From the NCBI RefSeq assembly GCF_009914755.1, contig NC_060948.1: a stretch of DNA of 64,000 nucleotides. The stretch is one strand, 5' to 3'. The DNA comes from the human T2T-CHM13v2.0 reference genome, Homo sapiens. The translations under genes and the position numbers were made by a program. This document shows positions 40,924 through 55,581 of the stretch, in pieces (position 1 is the first letter of the stretch; each line of letters opens with the position of its first letter). Below the pieces are notes generated by a model. It saw only the letters and a program-made list of their open reading frames with translations, searched no databases and was not told where the DNA came from.

Positions 40924-43900
40924 GAATTCATTGGAATGGAAGGGAATGTAGTGTAATGGACAGGCCTGGAATAAAGTGGAATGCTACGGTCTCGAATGGA
41001 ATAAAAATGTATGGAATGGAATGCAATGAAACGGAATCGAATGTCATAGAATGTAATGGAATGCAAAAAAATGGAATCCAAAATCATTGACTGGAAAGGC
41101 TGGGTGTCGAAAGGAATTGACTCCAATGGAATGGAATCGAATGGAATGGAAGTGAATAGAATCGAACTAAATCGAATGGAATGGAATTGATAGGAACGGA
41201 ATGGAAAGGAATGCAATGATTTGGCATGGAATGGAATCGAATGGCATCGAATGGAATGGAATGGAATGCAATGGAATGGAATGTATTAGAATGTAATGAA
41301 CTTTAATGGAATGTACTCGAATGGATTCGACTGGAATGGAATGTTCTGGAAGTGAATGGACTCCAATGGAATGGATTCAAAAGGAATGGAATCGTACGGA
41401 ATGGAATCTAATGGAATGGAATTAAATGGAAATGAATCAAATTGAATAGCACGGAATTGAATTGAATGGAATGGAATGCAATGGAATCTAATGAAACGGA
41501 AAGGAAAGGAATGGAATGGAATGGAATGGGCTGGAATGGAAAGGAATCGAAACGAATGGAATGGAATCGAACTGAAGAGACTGGAATGGAATGCACTGGA
41601 ATGGAAGGGAGTGTAATGGAAGGTTCTCGAAAAAAATGGAATCGAATGGAATGCAATTGAATGGAACGGAATAGAGTCGAATGCAATTGAATGGAATGGA
41701 ATGGACTAGAGTGAAATGGAATCGAACCACAAGGAATGGACAGGAATAGAATGGTCTCGAATTGAATGGAATCGTATGGAATGGCATCAAACGGAATGGA
41801 ATGGACAGCCACGGAATGGAATGCACTCGAATGCAATGGAGTCGAAACTAATGGACTGGAATAGAATGGACTCGACTGGTACGGACTCCAATGGAATGGA
41901 ATCGAATGGAAGGGAATCGAACGGAATGGACTCGAAGGGAAAAGACTGCAATGGAAAGGTCTCGAATGGAATGGAAATTAATGGAATGGAATGGAATCGA
42001 ATGAAATGGAGTCAAAAGGAATGGAATCGAATGGCAAGAAATCGAATGTAATGGAATCGCAAGGAATTGATGTGAACGGAACGGAATGGAATGGAATCCA
42101 AAGGAATGGAATAGAATGGAATGGAATCGAATGCAAAGGACTCGAATGGAAATCACTCGAATAGAATGCAATTTAATAAAATAGGATCAAATATAATGGA
42201 ATGGAATGGAAAGGAATCGAAACGAAAGGAATGGAGACAGATGGAATGGAATGGAACAGAGAGCAATGGTATAGAATGGAATGGAATCATCTAGAATGTA
42301 ATTGAATGGAATGGAATAATATGAAATGGAATGGAATGGAATGGAATGCCCTTGAATTAAATGGACTGGAATTTAATGGACTCGAACAGAGTGGAATGGA
42401 AAGTGTTGAGATAGAATGGAATGGACTCCTTTGGAATGGTGTAGTATGCAATGCAATCGACTGACAGGGAATCAAAAGGAATGTAATCGAATGGATTGGA
42501 CTGGAATGCAATGGACTCGAATAGATTGGAAACGGAATGCAAAGGAATGGAATGGAATAGTATGGAATGGAATGGAAAGGAATGGAGTGGAATAGACTAG
42601 AGTGGAATGGAATGGACTCGAAAGCAATGGACTGGAATGGAACTTTCTTGAATGGACTGGAACCAAACGGAATGGAATGCAATGCAATCAAATGGCATGG
42701 AATAAGATAGAATGAAAGAGAATCAAATGGAATTGAATGGAATGGAATCGAATGGATTGGAAAGGAATAGAATGGAATGGAATGGAATTGACTCAAATGG
42801 AATGGACTAGAATGGAATGGATTCGAATGGAAGGCAAAGGAATGGAATCTATTGGAATGGACTGTAATGGAATGCAATGGAAGGGATTGGAATGGACTCG
42901 AATGGAATGGACTGCAATAGAAAGGATTCGAATGGAATGAAAAAGAATTGAATGGAATAGAACAGAATGGAATCAAATCGAATGAAATGGAATGGAATAG
43001 AAAGGAATGGAATGAAATGGAATGGAAAGGATTCGAATGGAATGCAATCGAATGGAATGGAATCGAACGGAATGGAATAAAATGGAAGAAAACTGGCAAG
43101 AAATGGAATCGAAATGAATGTAGTGTTATGGAACGGACTCAAAAGGAATTGAATGTAATAGAATGGAGTGGAGTGGACTCGAATATAATGGACTGGAATG
43201 GAATGAAATCACATGGAAAGGGAAAGAATGGAATGGAATGGAAAGGAATGGAATTGAATGGAAAGGAATCGAACGGAAGGGAATGAAATTGAATCAACAG
43301 GAATGGAAGGGAATAGAATAGACGGTAATGGAATGGACTCGAATAGAATGGACACGAATGCTCAAATTGAATGGACTCGAATGGAATGGATACGAAAGGA
43401 ATGTCATCGAATGGAATTGAATCGATTGGAATGAAATTGCATAGAATGGAGTGGAATCAAATGGAATTGAATCGAAAGGAAAGGAAGCGAATGGACTGAA
43501 ATGAAATGGAATGGAATTGAATGGAAAGTAATGCAATGGAATAGAATGGAACGAAATTTCACGGTATGGAATCAAACTGAATGGAATCAAATCAATGGAA
43601 TCAAATCAAATGGAATGGAAAGGAATTGAATGGAGTAGATGGGATTGGATGGGATTGGAATGAAATGTACTGGAAAGGACTCGAATTTCATGAAACGGAA
43701 TGGAATGAATTGGAACGGAATGGACACGAATGGAATGGAATGTCATGGAATGGCATCAAATGGAATGGCATCAAATGGAATGAAATCGAATGCAATGGAA
43801 TGCTATGGAATGGAATGGAATGCATTGGAATGGAATGTCCTCTAATGGAATGGATTCGTGTGGAATGGAATCGAATATAATGGAGTCGAATTAAATGGAA

Positions 43901-46465
43901 TTGAAAGGAATGGGACCGAATACAATGCAATATACTGGAATGTAATGTAATGAACTCAAATGTAATTGACTGGAATGGAATGTACATGAATGGAATGTAA
44001 TCGAATGGAAAGTAATCCAATGGAATAGAATCTAATGCAATAAAATCGACTCAAATAGAGTAGAATGTAATGGAATGGAGTGCAGTGCAATGGAATGGAA
44101 TGGAATGGAATGCAATGGAATGGAATGGAATGGAATGGAATGGGATGGAATGGGATGGAATGGATAGTAATGGACTGGAGTGAAATGGACTGGAAAGGAA
44201 TGGACTCAAATGGAAAGGGCTCGAAAGGAATGGAGACAAATGGAATGGAATGGAACAGAGAGCAATGGTATAGAATGGAATGGAATCATCTGGAATGGAA
44301 TTGAATGGAATGGAATAATATGAAATGGAATGGAATGGAATGGAATGGAATGCCCTTGAATTAAATGGACTGGAATGGAATGGACTCGAACAGAGTGGAA
44401 TGGAAAGTGTTGAGATAGAATGGAATGGACTCTTTTAGAATGGTCTAGTATGCAATGCAATCGACTGGCAGGGAATCAAAGGAATGTAATCGAATAGATT
44501 GGACTGGAATGCAATGGACTCGAATAGATTGGAAACAGAATGCAAAGGAATGGAATGGAATAGTATGGAATGGAATGGAAAGGAATGGAGTGGAATAGAC
44601 TAGAGTGGAATGGAATGGACTGGAAAGCAATGGACTGGAATGGAACTTTCTTGAATGGACTGGAATCAAACGGAATGGAATGCAATGCAATCAAATGGCA
44701 TGGAATAAAATAGAATGAAAGAGAATCAAATGGAATTGAATCGAATGGAATCGAATGGATTGGAAAGGAATAGAATGGAATGGAATGGAATTGACTCAAA
44801 TGGAATGGACTCGAATGGAATGGATTCGAATGGAAGGCAAAGGAATGGAATCTATTGGAATGGACAGTAATGGAATGGAATGGAAGGGATTGGAATGGAC
44901 TCGAATGGAATGGACTGCAATAGAAAGGATTCGAATGGAATGAAAAAGAATTGAATGGAATAGAACAGAATGGAATCAAATCGAATGAAATGGAATGGAA
45001 TGAAATGTAATGGAAAGGATTCGAATGGAATGCAATCGAATGGAATGGAATCGAACGGAATGGAATAAAATGGAAGAAAACTGGCAAGAAATGGAATCGA
45101 AATGAATGGAGTGTTATGGAATGGACTCAAAAGGAATTGAATGTAATAGAATGGAGTGGAGTGGACTCGAACATAATGAACTGGAATGGAATGAAATCAC
45201 ATGGAATGGGAACGAATGGAATGGAATGGAAAGGAATGGAATCGAATGGAAAGGAATCGAATGGAAGGGAATGAAATTGAATCAACAGGAATGGAAGGGA
45301 ATAGAATAGACGGTAATGGAATGGACTCGAATAGAATGGACACGAATGCTCAAATTGAATGGACTCGAATGGAATGGAAACAAAAGGAATGTCATCGAAT
45401 GGAATTGAATCGATTGGAATGAAATCGCATAGAATGGAGTGGAATCAAATGGAATTGAATCGAAAGGAAAGGAAGCGAATGGACTGAAATGAAATGGAAT
45501 GGAATTGAATGGAAAGTAATGCAATGGAATAGAATGGAACGAAATTTCACGGAATGGAATCAAACTTAATGGAATCAAATCAATGGAATCAAATCAAATG
45601 GAATGGAAAGGAATTGAATGGAGTAGATTGGATTGGATGGGATTGGAATGAAATGTACTGGAAAGGACTCGAATTTCATGAAACGGAATGGAATGAATTG
45701 GAACGGAATGGACTCGAATGGAATGGAATGTCATGGAATGGCATCAAATGGAATGGCATCAAATGGAATGGAATCGAATGCAATGGAATGCTATGGAATG
45801 GAATGGAATGCATTGGAATGGAATGTCCTCTAATGGAATGGATTCGAGTGGAATGGAATCGAATATAATGGAGTCGAATGAAATGGAATTGAAAGGAATG
45901 GGATCGAATACAATGGAATATACTGGAATGTAATGTAATGAACTCGAATGTAATTGACTGGAATGGAATGTACATAAATGGAATGTAATCGAATGGAAAG
46001 TAATCCAATGGAATAGAATCTAATGCAATAAAATCGACTCAGATAGAGTAGAATGTAATGGAATGGAGTGCAGTGCAATGGAATGGAATGGAATGGAATG
46101 CAATGGAATGGAATGGAATGGAATGGAATGGAATGGAATGGGATGGAATGGTATGGAATGGATAGTAATGGACTGGAATGAAATGGACTGGAAAAGAATG
46201 GACTCAAATTGAAAGGGCTCGAAAGGAATGGAGTCAAATGGAATGGTCTGGAATGGAATGAACACGAACGTAATGCAATCCAATAGAATGGAATCGAATG
46301 GCATGGAATATAAAGAAATGGAATCGAAGAGAATGGAAACAAATGGAATGGAATTGAATGGAATGGAATTGAATGGAATGGGAACGAATGGAGTGAAATT
46401 GTATGCAGTAGAAGAGAATAGAATGGAATGCAAGCGAAAGGAAAGGAATGGATTGCAATGGAATG
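40924..46465 (+). repeat. Composite 5542-bp DYZ1 interval (full unit plus ~2.0-kb deleted unit)
   Basis: EcoRI 40924 to 46466; deletion junction at 44222-44248. Confidence 0.9.
42223..44221 (+). repeat. Short DYZ1 unit 2, 1999 bp
   Basis: Same junction sequence as at 38675, 5547 bp downstream. Confidence 0.9.
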
Positions 46466-49400
46466 GAATTCATTGGAATGGAAGGGAATGTAGTGTAATG
46501 GACAGGCCTGGAATAAAGTGGAATGCTACGGTCTCGAATGGAATAAAAATGTATGGAATGGAATGCAATGAAACGGAATCGAATGTCATAGAATGTAATG
46601 GAATGCAAAAAAATGGAATCCAAAATCATTGACTGGAAAGGCTGGGTGTCGAAAGGAATTGACTCCAATGGAATGGAATCGAATGGAATGGAAGTGAATA
46701 GAATCGAACTAAATCGAATGGAATGGAATTGATAGGAACGGAATGGAAAGGAATGCAATGATTTGGCATGGAATGGAATCGAATGGCATCGAATGGAATG
46801 GAATGGAATGCAATGGAATGGAATGTATTAGAATGTAATGAACTTTAATGGAATGTACTCGAATGGATTCGACTGGAATGGAATGTTCTGGAAGTGAATG
46901 GACTCCAATGGAATGGATTCAAAAGGAATGGAATCGAACGGAATGGAATCTAATGGAATGGAATTAAATGGAAATGAATCAAATTGAATAGCACGGAATT
47001 GAATTGAATGGAATCGAATGCAATGGAATCTAATGAAACGGAAAGGAAAGGAATGGAATGGAATGGAATGGGCTGGAATGGAAAGGAATCGAAACGAATG
47101 GAATGGAATCGAACTGAAGAGACTGGAATGGAATGCACTGGAATGGAAGGGAGTGTAATGGAAGGTTCTCGAAAATAATGGAAGCAAATGGAATGGAATT
47201 GAATGGAACGGAATAGAGTCGAATGGAATTGAATGGAATGGAATGGACTAGAGTGAAATGGAATCGAACCACAAGGAATGGACAGGAATAGAATGGTCTC
47301 GAATTGAATGGAATCGTATGGAATGGCATCAAACGGAATGGAATGGACAGCCACGGAATGGAATGCACTCGAATGCAATGGAGTCGAAACTTATGGACTG
47401 GAATAGAATGGACTCGACTGGTACGGACTCCAATGGAATGAAATCGAATGGAAGGGATTCGAACGGAATTGACTCGAAGGGAAAAGACTGCAATGGAAAG
47501 GTCTCGAATGGAATGGAAATTAATGGAATGGAATGGAATCGAATGAAATGGAGTCAAAAGGAATGGAATCGAATGGCAAGAAATCGAATGTAATGGAATC
47601 GCAAGGAATTGATGTGAACGGAACGGAATGGAATGGAATCCAAAGGAATGGAATAGAATGGAATGGAATCGAATGGAAAGGACTCGAATGGAAATCACTC
47701 GAATAGAATGCAATTTAATAAAATAGGATCAAATGTAATGGAATGGAATGGAAAGGAATCGAAACGAAAGGAATGGAGACAGATGGAATGGAATGGAACA
47801 GAGAGCAATGGTATAGAATGGAATGGAATCATCTGGAATGGAATTGAATGGAATGGAATAATATGAAATGGAATGGAATGGAATGGAATGGAATGGAATG
47901 CCCTTGAATTAAATGGACTGGAATGGAATGGACTCGAACAGAGTGGAATGGAAAGTGTTGAGATAGAATGGAATGGACTCTTTTGGAATGGTCTAGTATG
48001 CAATGCAATCGACTGGCAGGGAATCAAAAGGAATGTAATCGAATGGATTAGACTGGAATGCAATGGACTCGAATAGATTGGAAACGGAATGCAAAGGAAT
48101 GGAATGGAATAGTATGGAATGGAATGGAAAGGAATGGAGTGGAATAGACTAGAGTGGAATGGAATGGACTGGAAAGCAATGGACTGGAATGGAACTTTCT
48201 TGGATGGACTGGAATCAAACGGAATGGAATGCAATGCAATCAAATGGCATGGAATAAAATAGAATGAAAGAGAATCAAATGGAATTGAATCGAATGGAAT
48301 CGAATGGATTGGAAAGGAATAGAATGGAATGGAATGGAATTGACTCAAATGGAATGGACTAGAATGGAATGGATTCGAATGGAAGGCAAAGGAATGGAAT
48401 CTATTGGAATGGACTGTAATGGAATGGAATGGAAGGGATTGGAATGGACTCGAATGGAATGGACTGCAATAGAAAGGATTCGAATGGAATGAAAAAGAAT
48501 TGAATGGAATAGAACAGAATGGAATCAAATCGAATGAAATGGAATGGAATAGAAAGGAATGGAATGAAATGGAATGGAAAGGATTCGAATGGAATGCAAT
48601 CGAATGGAATGGAATCGAACGGAATGGAATAAAATGGAAGAAAACTGGCAAGAAATGGAATCGAAATGAATGGAGTGTTATGGAACGGACTCAAAAGGAA
48701 TTGAATGTAATAGAATGGAGTGGAGTGGACTCGAATATAATGGACTGGAATGGAATGAAATCACATGGAATGGGAACGAATGGAATGGAATGGAAAGGAA
48801 TGGAATCGAATGGAAAGGAATCGAATGGAAGGGAATGAAATTGAATCAACAGGAATGGAAGGGAATAGAATAGACGGTAATGGAATGGACTCGAATAGAA
48901 TGGACACGAATGCTCAAATTGAATGGACTCGAATGGAATGGAAACGAAAGGAATGTCATCGAATGGAATTGAATCGATTGGAATGAAATCGCATAGAATG
49001 GAGTGGAATCAAATGGAATTGAATCGAAAGGAAAGGAAGCGAATGGACTGAAATGAAATGGAATGGAATTGAATGGAAAGTAATGCAATGGAATAGAATG
49101 GAACGAAATTTCACGGAATGGAATCAAACTGAATGGAATCAAATCAATGGAATCTAATCAAATGGAATGGAAAGGAATTGAATGGAGTAGATTGGATTGG
49201 ATGGGATTGGAATGAAATGTACTGGAAAGGACTCGAATTTCATGAAACGGAATGGAATGAATTGGAACGGAATGGACTCGAATGGAATGGAATGTCATGG
49301 AATGGCATCAAATGGAATGGCATCAAATGGAATGGAATCGAATGCAATGGAATGCTATGGAATGGAATGGAATGCATTGGAATGGAATGTCCTCTAATGG

Positions 49401-50034
49401 AATGGATTCGAGTGGAATGGAATCGAATATAATGGAGTCGAATGAAATGGAATTGAAAGGAATGGGATCGAATACAATGGAATATACTGGAATGTAATGT
49501 AATGAACTCGAATGTAATTGACTGGAATGGAATGTACATGAATGGAATGTAATCGAATGGAAAGTAATCCAATGGAATAGAATCTAATGCAATAAAATCG
49601 ACTCAGATAGAGTAGAATGTAATGGAATGGAGTGCAGTGCAATGGAATGGAATGGAATGGAAAGCAATGGAATGGAATGGAATGGAATGGAATGGAATGG
49701 AATGGAATGGGATGGAATGGTATGGAATGGATAGTAATGGACTGGAGTGAAATGGACTGGAAAAGAATGGACTCAAATTGAAAGGGCTCGAAAGGAATGG
49801 AGTCAAATGGAATGGTCTGGAATGGAATGAACACGAATGTAATGCAATCCAATAGAATGGAATCGAATGGCATGGAATATAAAGAAATGGAATCGAAGAG
49901 AATGGAAACAAATGGAATGGAATTGAATGGAATGGAATTGAATGGAATGGGAACGAATGGAGTGAAATTGTATGCAGTAGAAGAGAATAGAATGGAATGC
50001 AAGCGAAATGAAAGGAATGGATTGCAATGGAATG
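46466..50034 (+). repeat. DYZ1 full unit, 3569 bp
   Basis: EcoRI 46466 to 50035. Confidence 0.9.
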
Positions 50035-53000
50035 GAATTCATTGGAATGGAAGGGAATGTAGTGTAATGGACAGGCCTGGAATAAAGTGGAATGCTACGG
50101 TCTCGAATGGAATAAAAATGTATGGAATGGAATGCAATGAAACGGAATCGAATGTCATAGAATGTAATGGAATGCAAAAAAATGGAATCCAAAATCATTG
50201 ACTGGAAAGGCTGGGTGTCGAAAGGAATTGACTCCAATGGAATGGAATCGAATGGAATGGAAGTGAATAGAATCGAACTAAATCGAATGGAATGGAATTG
50301 ATAGGAACGGAATGGAAAGGAATGCAATGATTTGGCATGGAATGGAATCGAATGGCATCGAATGGAATGGAATGGAATGCAATGGAATGGAATGTATTAG
50401 AATGTAATGAACATTAATGGAATGTACTCGAATGGATTCGACTGGAATGGAATGTTCTGGAAGTGAATGGACTCCAATGGAATGGATTCGAAAGGAATGG
50501 AATCGAACGGAATGGAATCTAATGGAATGGAATTAAATGGAAATGAATCAAATTGAATAGCACGGAATTGAATTGAATGGAATCGAATGAAATGGAATCT
50601 AATGAAACGGAAAGGAAAGGAATGGAATGGAATGGAATGGGCTGGAATGGAAAGGAATCGAAACGAATGGAATGGAATCGAACTGAAGAGACTGGAATGG
50701 AATGCACTGGAATGGAAGGGATTGTAATGGAAGGTTCTCGAAAATAATGTAAGCAAATGGAATGGAATTGAATGGAACGGAATAGAGTCGAATGGAATTG
50801 AATGGAATGGAATGGACTAGAGTGAAATGGAATCGAACCACAAGGAATGGACAGGAATAGAATGGTCTCGAATTGAATGGAATCGTATGGAATGGCATCA
50901 AACGGAATGGAATGGACAGCCACGGAATGGAATGCACTCGAATGCAATGGAGTCGAAACTTATGGACTGGAATAGAATGGACTCGACTGGTACGGACTCC
51001 AATGGAATGGAATCGAATGGAAGGGATTCGAACGGAATGGACTCGAAGGGAAAAGACTGCAATGGAAAGGTCTCGAATGGAATGGAAATTAATGGAATGG
51101 AATGGAATCGAATGAAATGGAGTCAAAAGGAATGGAATCGAATGGCAAGAAATCGAATGTAATGGAATCGCAAGGAATTGATGTGAACGGAACGGAATGG
51201 AATGGAATCCAAAGGAATGGAATAGAATGGAATGGAATCGAATGGAAAGGACTCGAATGGAAATCACTCGAATAGAATGCAATTTAATAAAATAGGATCA
51301 AATGTAATGGAATGGAATGGAAAGGAATCGAAACGAAAGGAATGGAGACAGATGGAATGGAATGGAACAGAGAGCAATGGTATAGAATGGAATGGAATCA
51401 TCTGGAATGGAATTGAATGGAATGGAATAATATGAAATGGAATGGAATGGAATGGAATGGAATGCCCTTGAATTAAATGGACTGGAATGGAATGGACTCG
51501 AACAGAGTGGAATGGAAAGTGTTGAGATAGAATGGAATGGACTCCTTTGGAATGGAGTAGTATGCAATGCAATCGACTGGCAGGGAATCAAAAGGAATGT
51601 AATGGAATGGATTGGACTGGAATGCAATGTACTCGAATACATTGGAAACGGAATGCAAAGGAATGGAATGGAATAGTATGGAATGGAATGGAAAGGAATG
51701 GAGTGGAATAGACTAGAGTGGAATGGAATGGACTGGAAAGCAATGGACTAGAATGGAACTTTCTTGAATGGACTGGAATCAAACGGAATGGAATGCAATG
51801 CAATCAAATGGCATGGAATAAAATAGAATGAAAGAGAATCAAATGGAATTGAATCGAATGGAATCGAATGGATTGGAAAGGAATAGAATGGAATGGAATG
51901 GAATTGACTCAAATGGAATGGACTAGAATGGAATGGATTCGAATGGAAGGCAAAGGAATGGAATCTATTGGAATGGACTGTAATGGAATGGAATGGAAGG
52001 GATTGGAATGGACTCGAATGGAATGGACTGCAATAGAAAGGATTCGAATGGAATGAAAAAGAATTGAATGGAATAGAACAGAATGGAATGAAATCGAATG
52101 AAATGGAATGGAATAGAAAGGAATGGAATGAAATGGAATGGAAAGGATTCGAATGGAATGCAATCGAATGGAATGGAATCGAACGGAATGGAATAAAATG
52201 GAAGAAAACTGGCAAGAAATGGAATCGAAATGAATGGAGTGTTATGGAACGGACTCAAAAGGAATTGAATGTAATAGAATGGAGTGGAGTGGACTCGAAT
52301 ATAATGGACTGGAATGGAATGAAATCACATGGAAAGGGAAAGAATGGAATGGAATGGAAAGGAATGGAATTGAATGGAAAGGAATCGAACGGAAGGGAAT
52401 GAAATTGAATCAACAGGAATGGAAGGGAATAGAATAGACGGTAATGGAATGGACTCGAATAGAATGGACACGAATGCTCAAATTGAATGGACTCGAATGG
52501 AATGGATACGAAAGGAATGTCATCGAATGGAATTGAATCGATTGGAATGAAATTGCATAGAATGGAGTGGAATCAAATGGAATTGAATCGAAAGGAAAGG
52601 AAGCGAATGGACTGAAATGAAATGGAATGGAATTGAATGGAAAGTAATGCAATGGAATAGAATGGAACGAAATTTCACGGTATGGAATCAAACTGAATGG
52701 AATCAAATCAATGGAATCAAATCAAATGGAATGGAAAGGAATTGAATGGAGTAGATGGGATTGGATGGGATTGGAATGAAATGTACTGGAAAGGACTCGA
52801 ATTTCATGAAACGGAATGGAATGAATTGGAACGGAATGGACACGAATGGAATGGAATGTCATGGAATGGCATCAAATGGAATGGCATCAAATGGAATGGA
52901 ATCGAATGCAATGGAATGCTATGGAATGGAATGGAATGCATTGGAATGGAATGTCCTCTAATGGAATGGATTCGTGTGGAATGGAATCGAATATAATGGA

Positions 53001-55581
53001 GTCGAATTAAATGGAATTGAAAGGAATGGGACCGAATACAATGCAATATACTGGAATGTAATGTAATGAACTCGAATGTAATTGACTGGAATGGAATGTA
53101 CATGAATGGAATGTAATCGAATGGAAAGTAATCCAATGGAATAGAATCTAATGCAATAAAATCGACTCAAATAGAGTAGAATGTAATGGAATGGAGTGCA
53201 GTGCAATGGAATGGAATGGAATGGAATGCAATGGAATGGAATGGAATGGAATGGAATGGGATGGAATGGGATGGAATGGATAGTAATGGACTGGAGTGAA
53301 ATGGACTGGAAAGGAATGGACTCAAATGGAAAGGGCTCGAAAGGAATGGAGACAAATGGAATGGAATGGAACAGAGAGCAATGGTATAGAATGGAATGGA
53401 ATCATATGGAATGGAATTGAATGGAATGGAATAATATGAAATGGAATGGAATGGAATGGAATGGAATGCCCTTGAATTAAATGGACTGGAATGGAATGGA
53501 CTCGAACAGAGTGGAATGGAAAGTGTTGAGATAGAATGGAATGGACTCTTTTAGAATGGTCTAGTATGCAATGCAATCGACTGGCAGGGAATCAAAGGAA
53601 TGTAATCGAATGGATTGGACTGGAATGCAATGGACTCGAATAGATTGGAAACAGAATGCAAAGGAATGGAATGGAATAGTATGGAATGGAATGGAAAGGA
53701 ATGGAGTGGAATAGACTAGAGTGGAATGGAATGGACTGGAAAGCAATGGACTGGAATGGAACTTTCTTGAATGGACTGGAATCAAACGGAATGGAATGCA
53801 ATGCAATCAAATGGCATGGAATAAAATAGAATGAAAGAGAATCAAATGGAATTGAATCGAATGGAATCGAATGGATTGGAAAGGAATAGAATGGAATGGA
53901 ATGGAATTGATTCAAAAGGAATGGACTCGAATGGAATGGATTCGAATGGAAGGCAAAGGAATGGAATCTATTGGAATGGACAGTAATGGAATGGAATGGA
54001 AGGGATTGGAATGGACTCGAATGGAATGGACTGCAATAGAAAGGATTCGAATGGAATGAAAAAGAATTGAATGGAATAGAACAGAATGGAATCAAATCGA
54101 ATGAAATGGAATGGAATGAAATGTAATGGAAAGGATTCGAATGGAATGCAATCGAATGGAATGGAATCGAACGGAATGGAATAAAATGGAAGAAAACTGG
54201 CAAGAAATGGAATCGAAATGAACGGAGTGTTATGGAATGGACTCAAAAGGAATTGAATGTAATAGAATGGAGTGGAGTGGACTCGAATATAATGAACTGG
54301 AATGGAATGAAATCACATGGAATGGGAACGAATGGAATGGAATGGAAAGGAATGGAATCGAATGGAAAGGAATCGAATGGAAGGGAATGAAATTGAATCA
54401 ACAGGAATGGAAGGGAATAGAATAGACGGTAATGGAATGGACTCGAATAGAATGGACACGAATGCTCAAATTGAATGGACTCGAATGGAATGGAAACAAA
54501 AGGAATGTCATCGAATGGAATTGAATCGATTGGAATGAAATCGCATAGAATGGAGTGGAATCAAATGGAATTGAATCGAAAGGAAAGGAAGCGAATGGAC
54601 TGAAATGAAATGGAATGGAATTGAATGGAAAGTAATGCAATGGAATAGAATGGAACGAAATTTCACGGAATGGAATCAAACTTAATGGAATCAAATCAAT
54701 GGAATCAAATCAAATGGAATGGAAAGGAATTGAATGGAGTAGATTGGATTGGATGGGATTGGAATGAAATGTACTGGAAAGGACTCGAATTTCATGAAAC
54801 GGAATGGAATGAATTGGAACGGAATGGACTCGAATGGAATGGAATGTCATGGAATGGCATCAAATGGAATGGCATCAAATGGAATGGAATCGAATGCAAT
54901 GGAATGCTATGGAATGGAATGGAATGCATTGGAATGGAATGTCCTCCAATGGAATGGATTCGAGTGGAATGGAATCGAATATAATGGAGTCGAATGAAAT
55001 GGAATTGAAAGGAATGGGATCGAATACAATGGAATATACTGGAATGTAATGTAATGAACTCGAATGTAATTGACTGGAATGGAATGTACATAAATGGAAT
55101 GTAATCGAATGGAAAGTAATCCAATGGAATAGAATCTAATGCAATAAAATCGACTCAGATAGAGTAGAATGTAATGGAATGGAGTGCAGTGCAATGGAAT
55201 GGAATGGAATGGAATGCAATGGAATGGAATGGAATGGAATGGAATGGAATGGAATGGGATGGAATGGTATGGAATGGATAGTAATGGACTGGAATGAAAT
55301 GGACTGGAAAAGAATGGACTCAAATTGAAAGGGCTCGAAAGGAATGGAGTCAAATGGAATGGTCTGGAATGGAATGAACACGAACGTAATGCAATCCAAT
55401 AGAATGGAATCGAATGGCATGGAATATAAAGAAATGGAATCGAAGAGAATGGAAACAAATGGAATGGAATTGAATGGAATGGAATTGAATGGAATGGGAA
55501 CGAATGGAGTGAAATTGTATGCAGTAGAAGAGAATAGAATGGAATGCAAGCGAAAGGAAAGGAATGGATTGGAATGGAATG
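50035..55581 (+). repeat. Composite 5547-bp DYZ1 interval (full unit plus ~2.0-kb deleted unit)
   Basis: EcoRI 50035 to 55582; deletion junction at 53338-53364. Confidence 0.9.
51334..53337 (+). repeat. Short DYZ1 unit 3, 2004 bp
   Basis: Same junction sequence, 9116 bp downstream of junction 2. Confidence 0.88.

Larger units (their letters stand above)
34000..45090 (+). repeat. 5547-bp tandem duplication (two copies, boundaries approximate)
   Basis: Shared variants offset by 5547: AACTGAATC 34181/39728, CTGACAGGG 36914/42461, GGAACCAAAC ~37112/42659, junctions 38675/44222. Confidence 0.85.
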
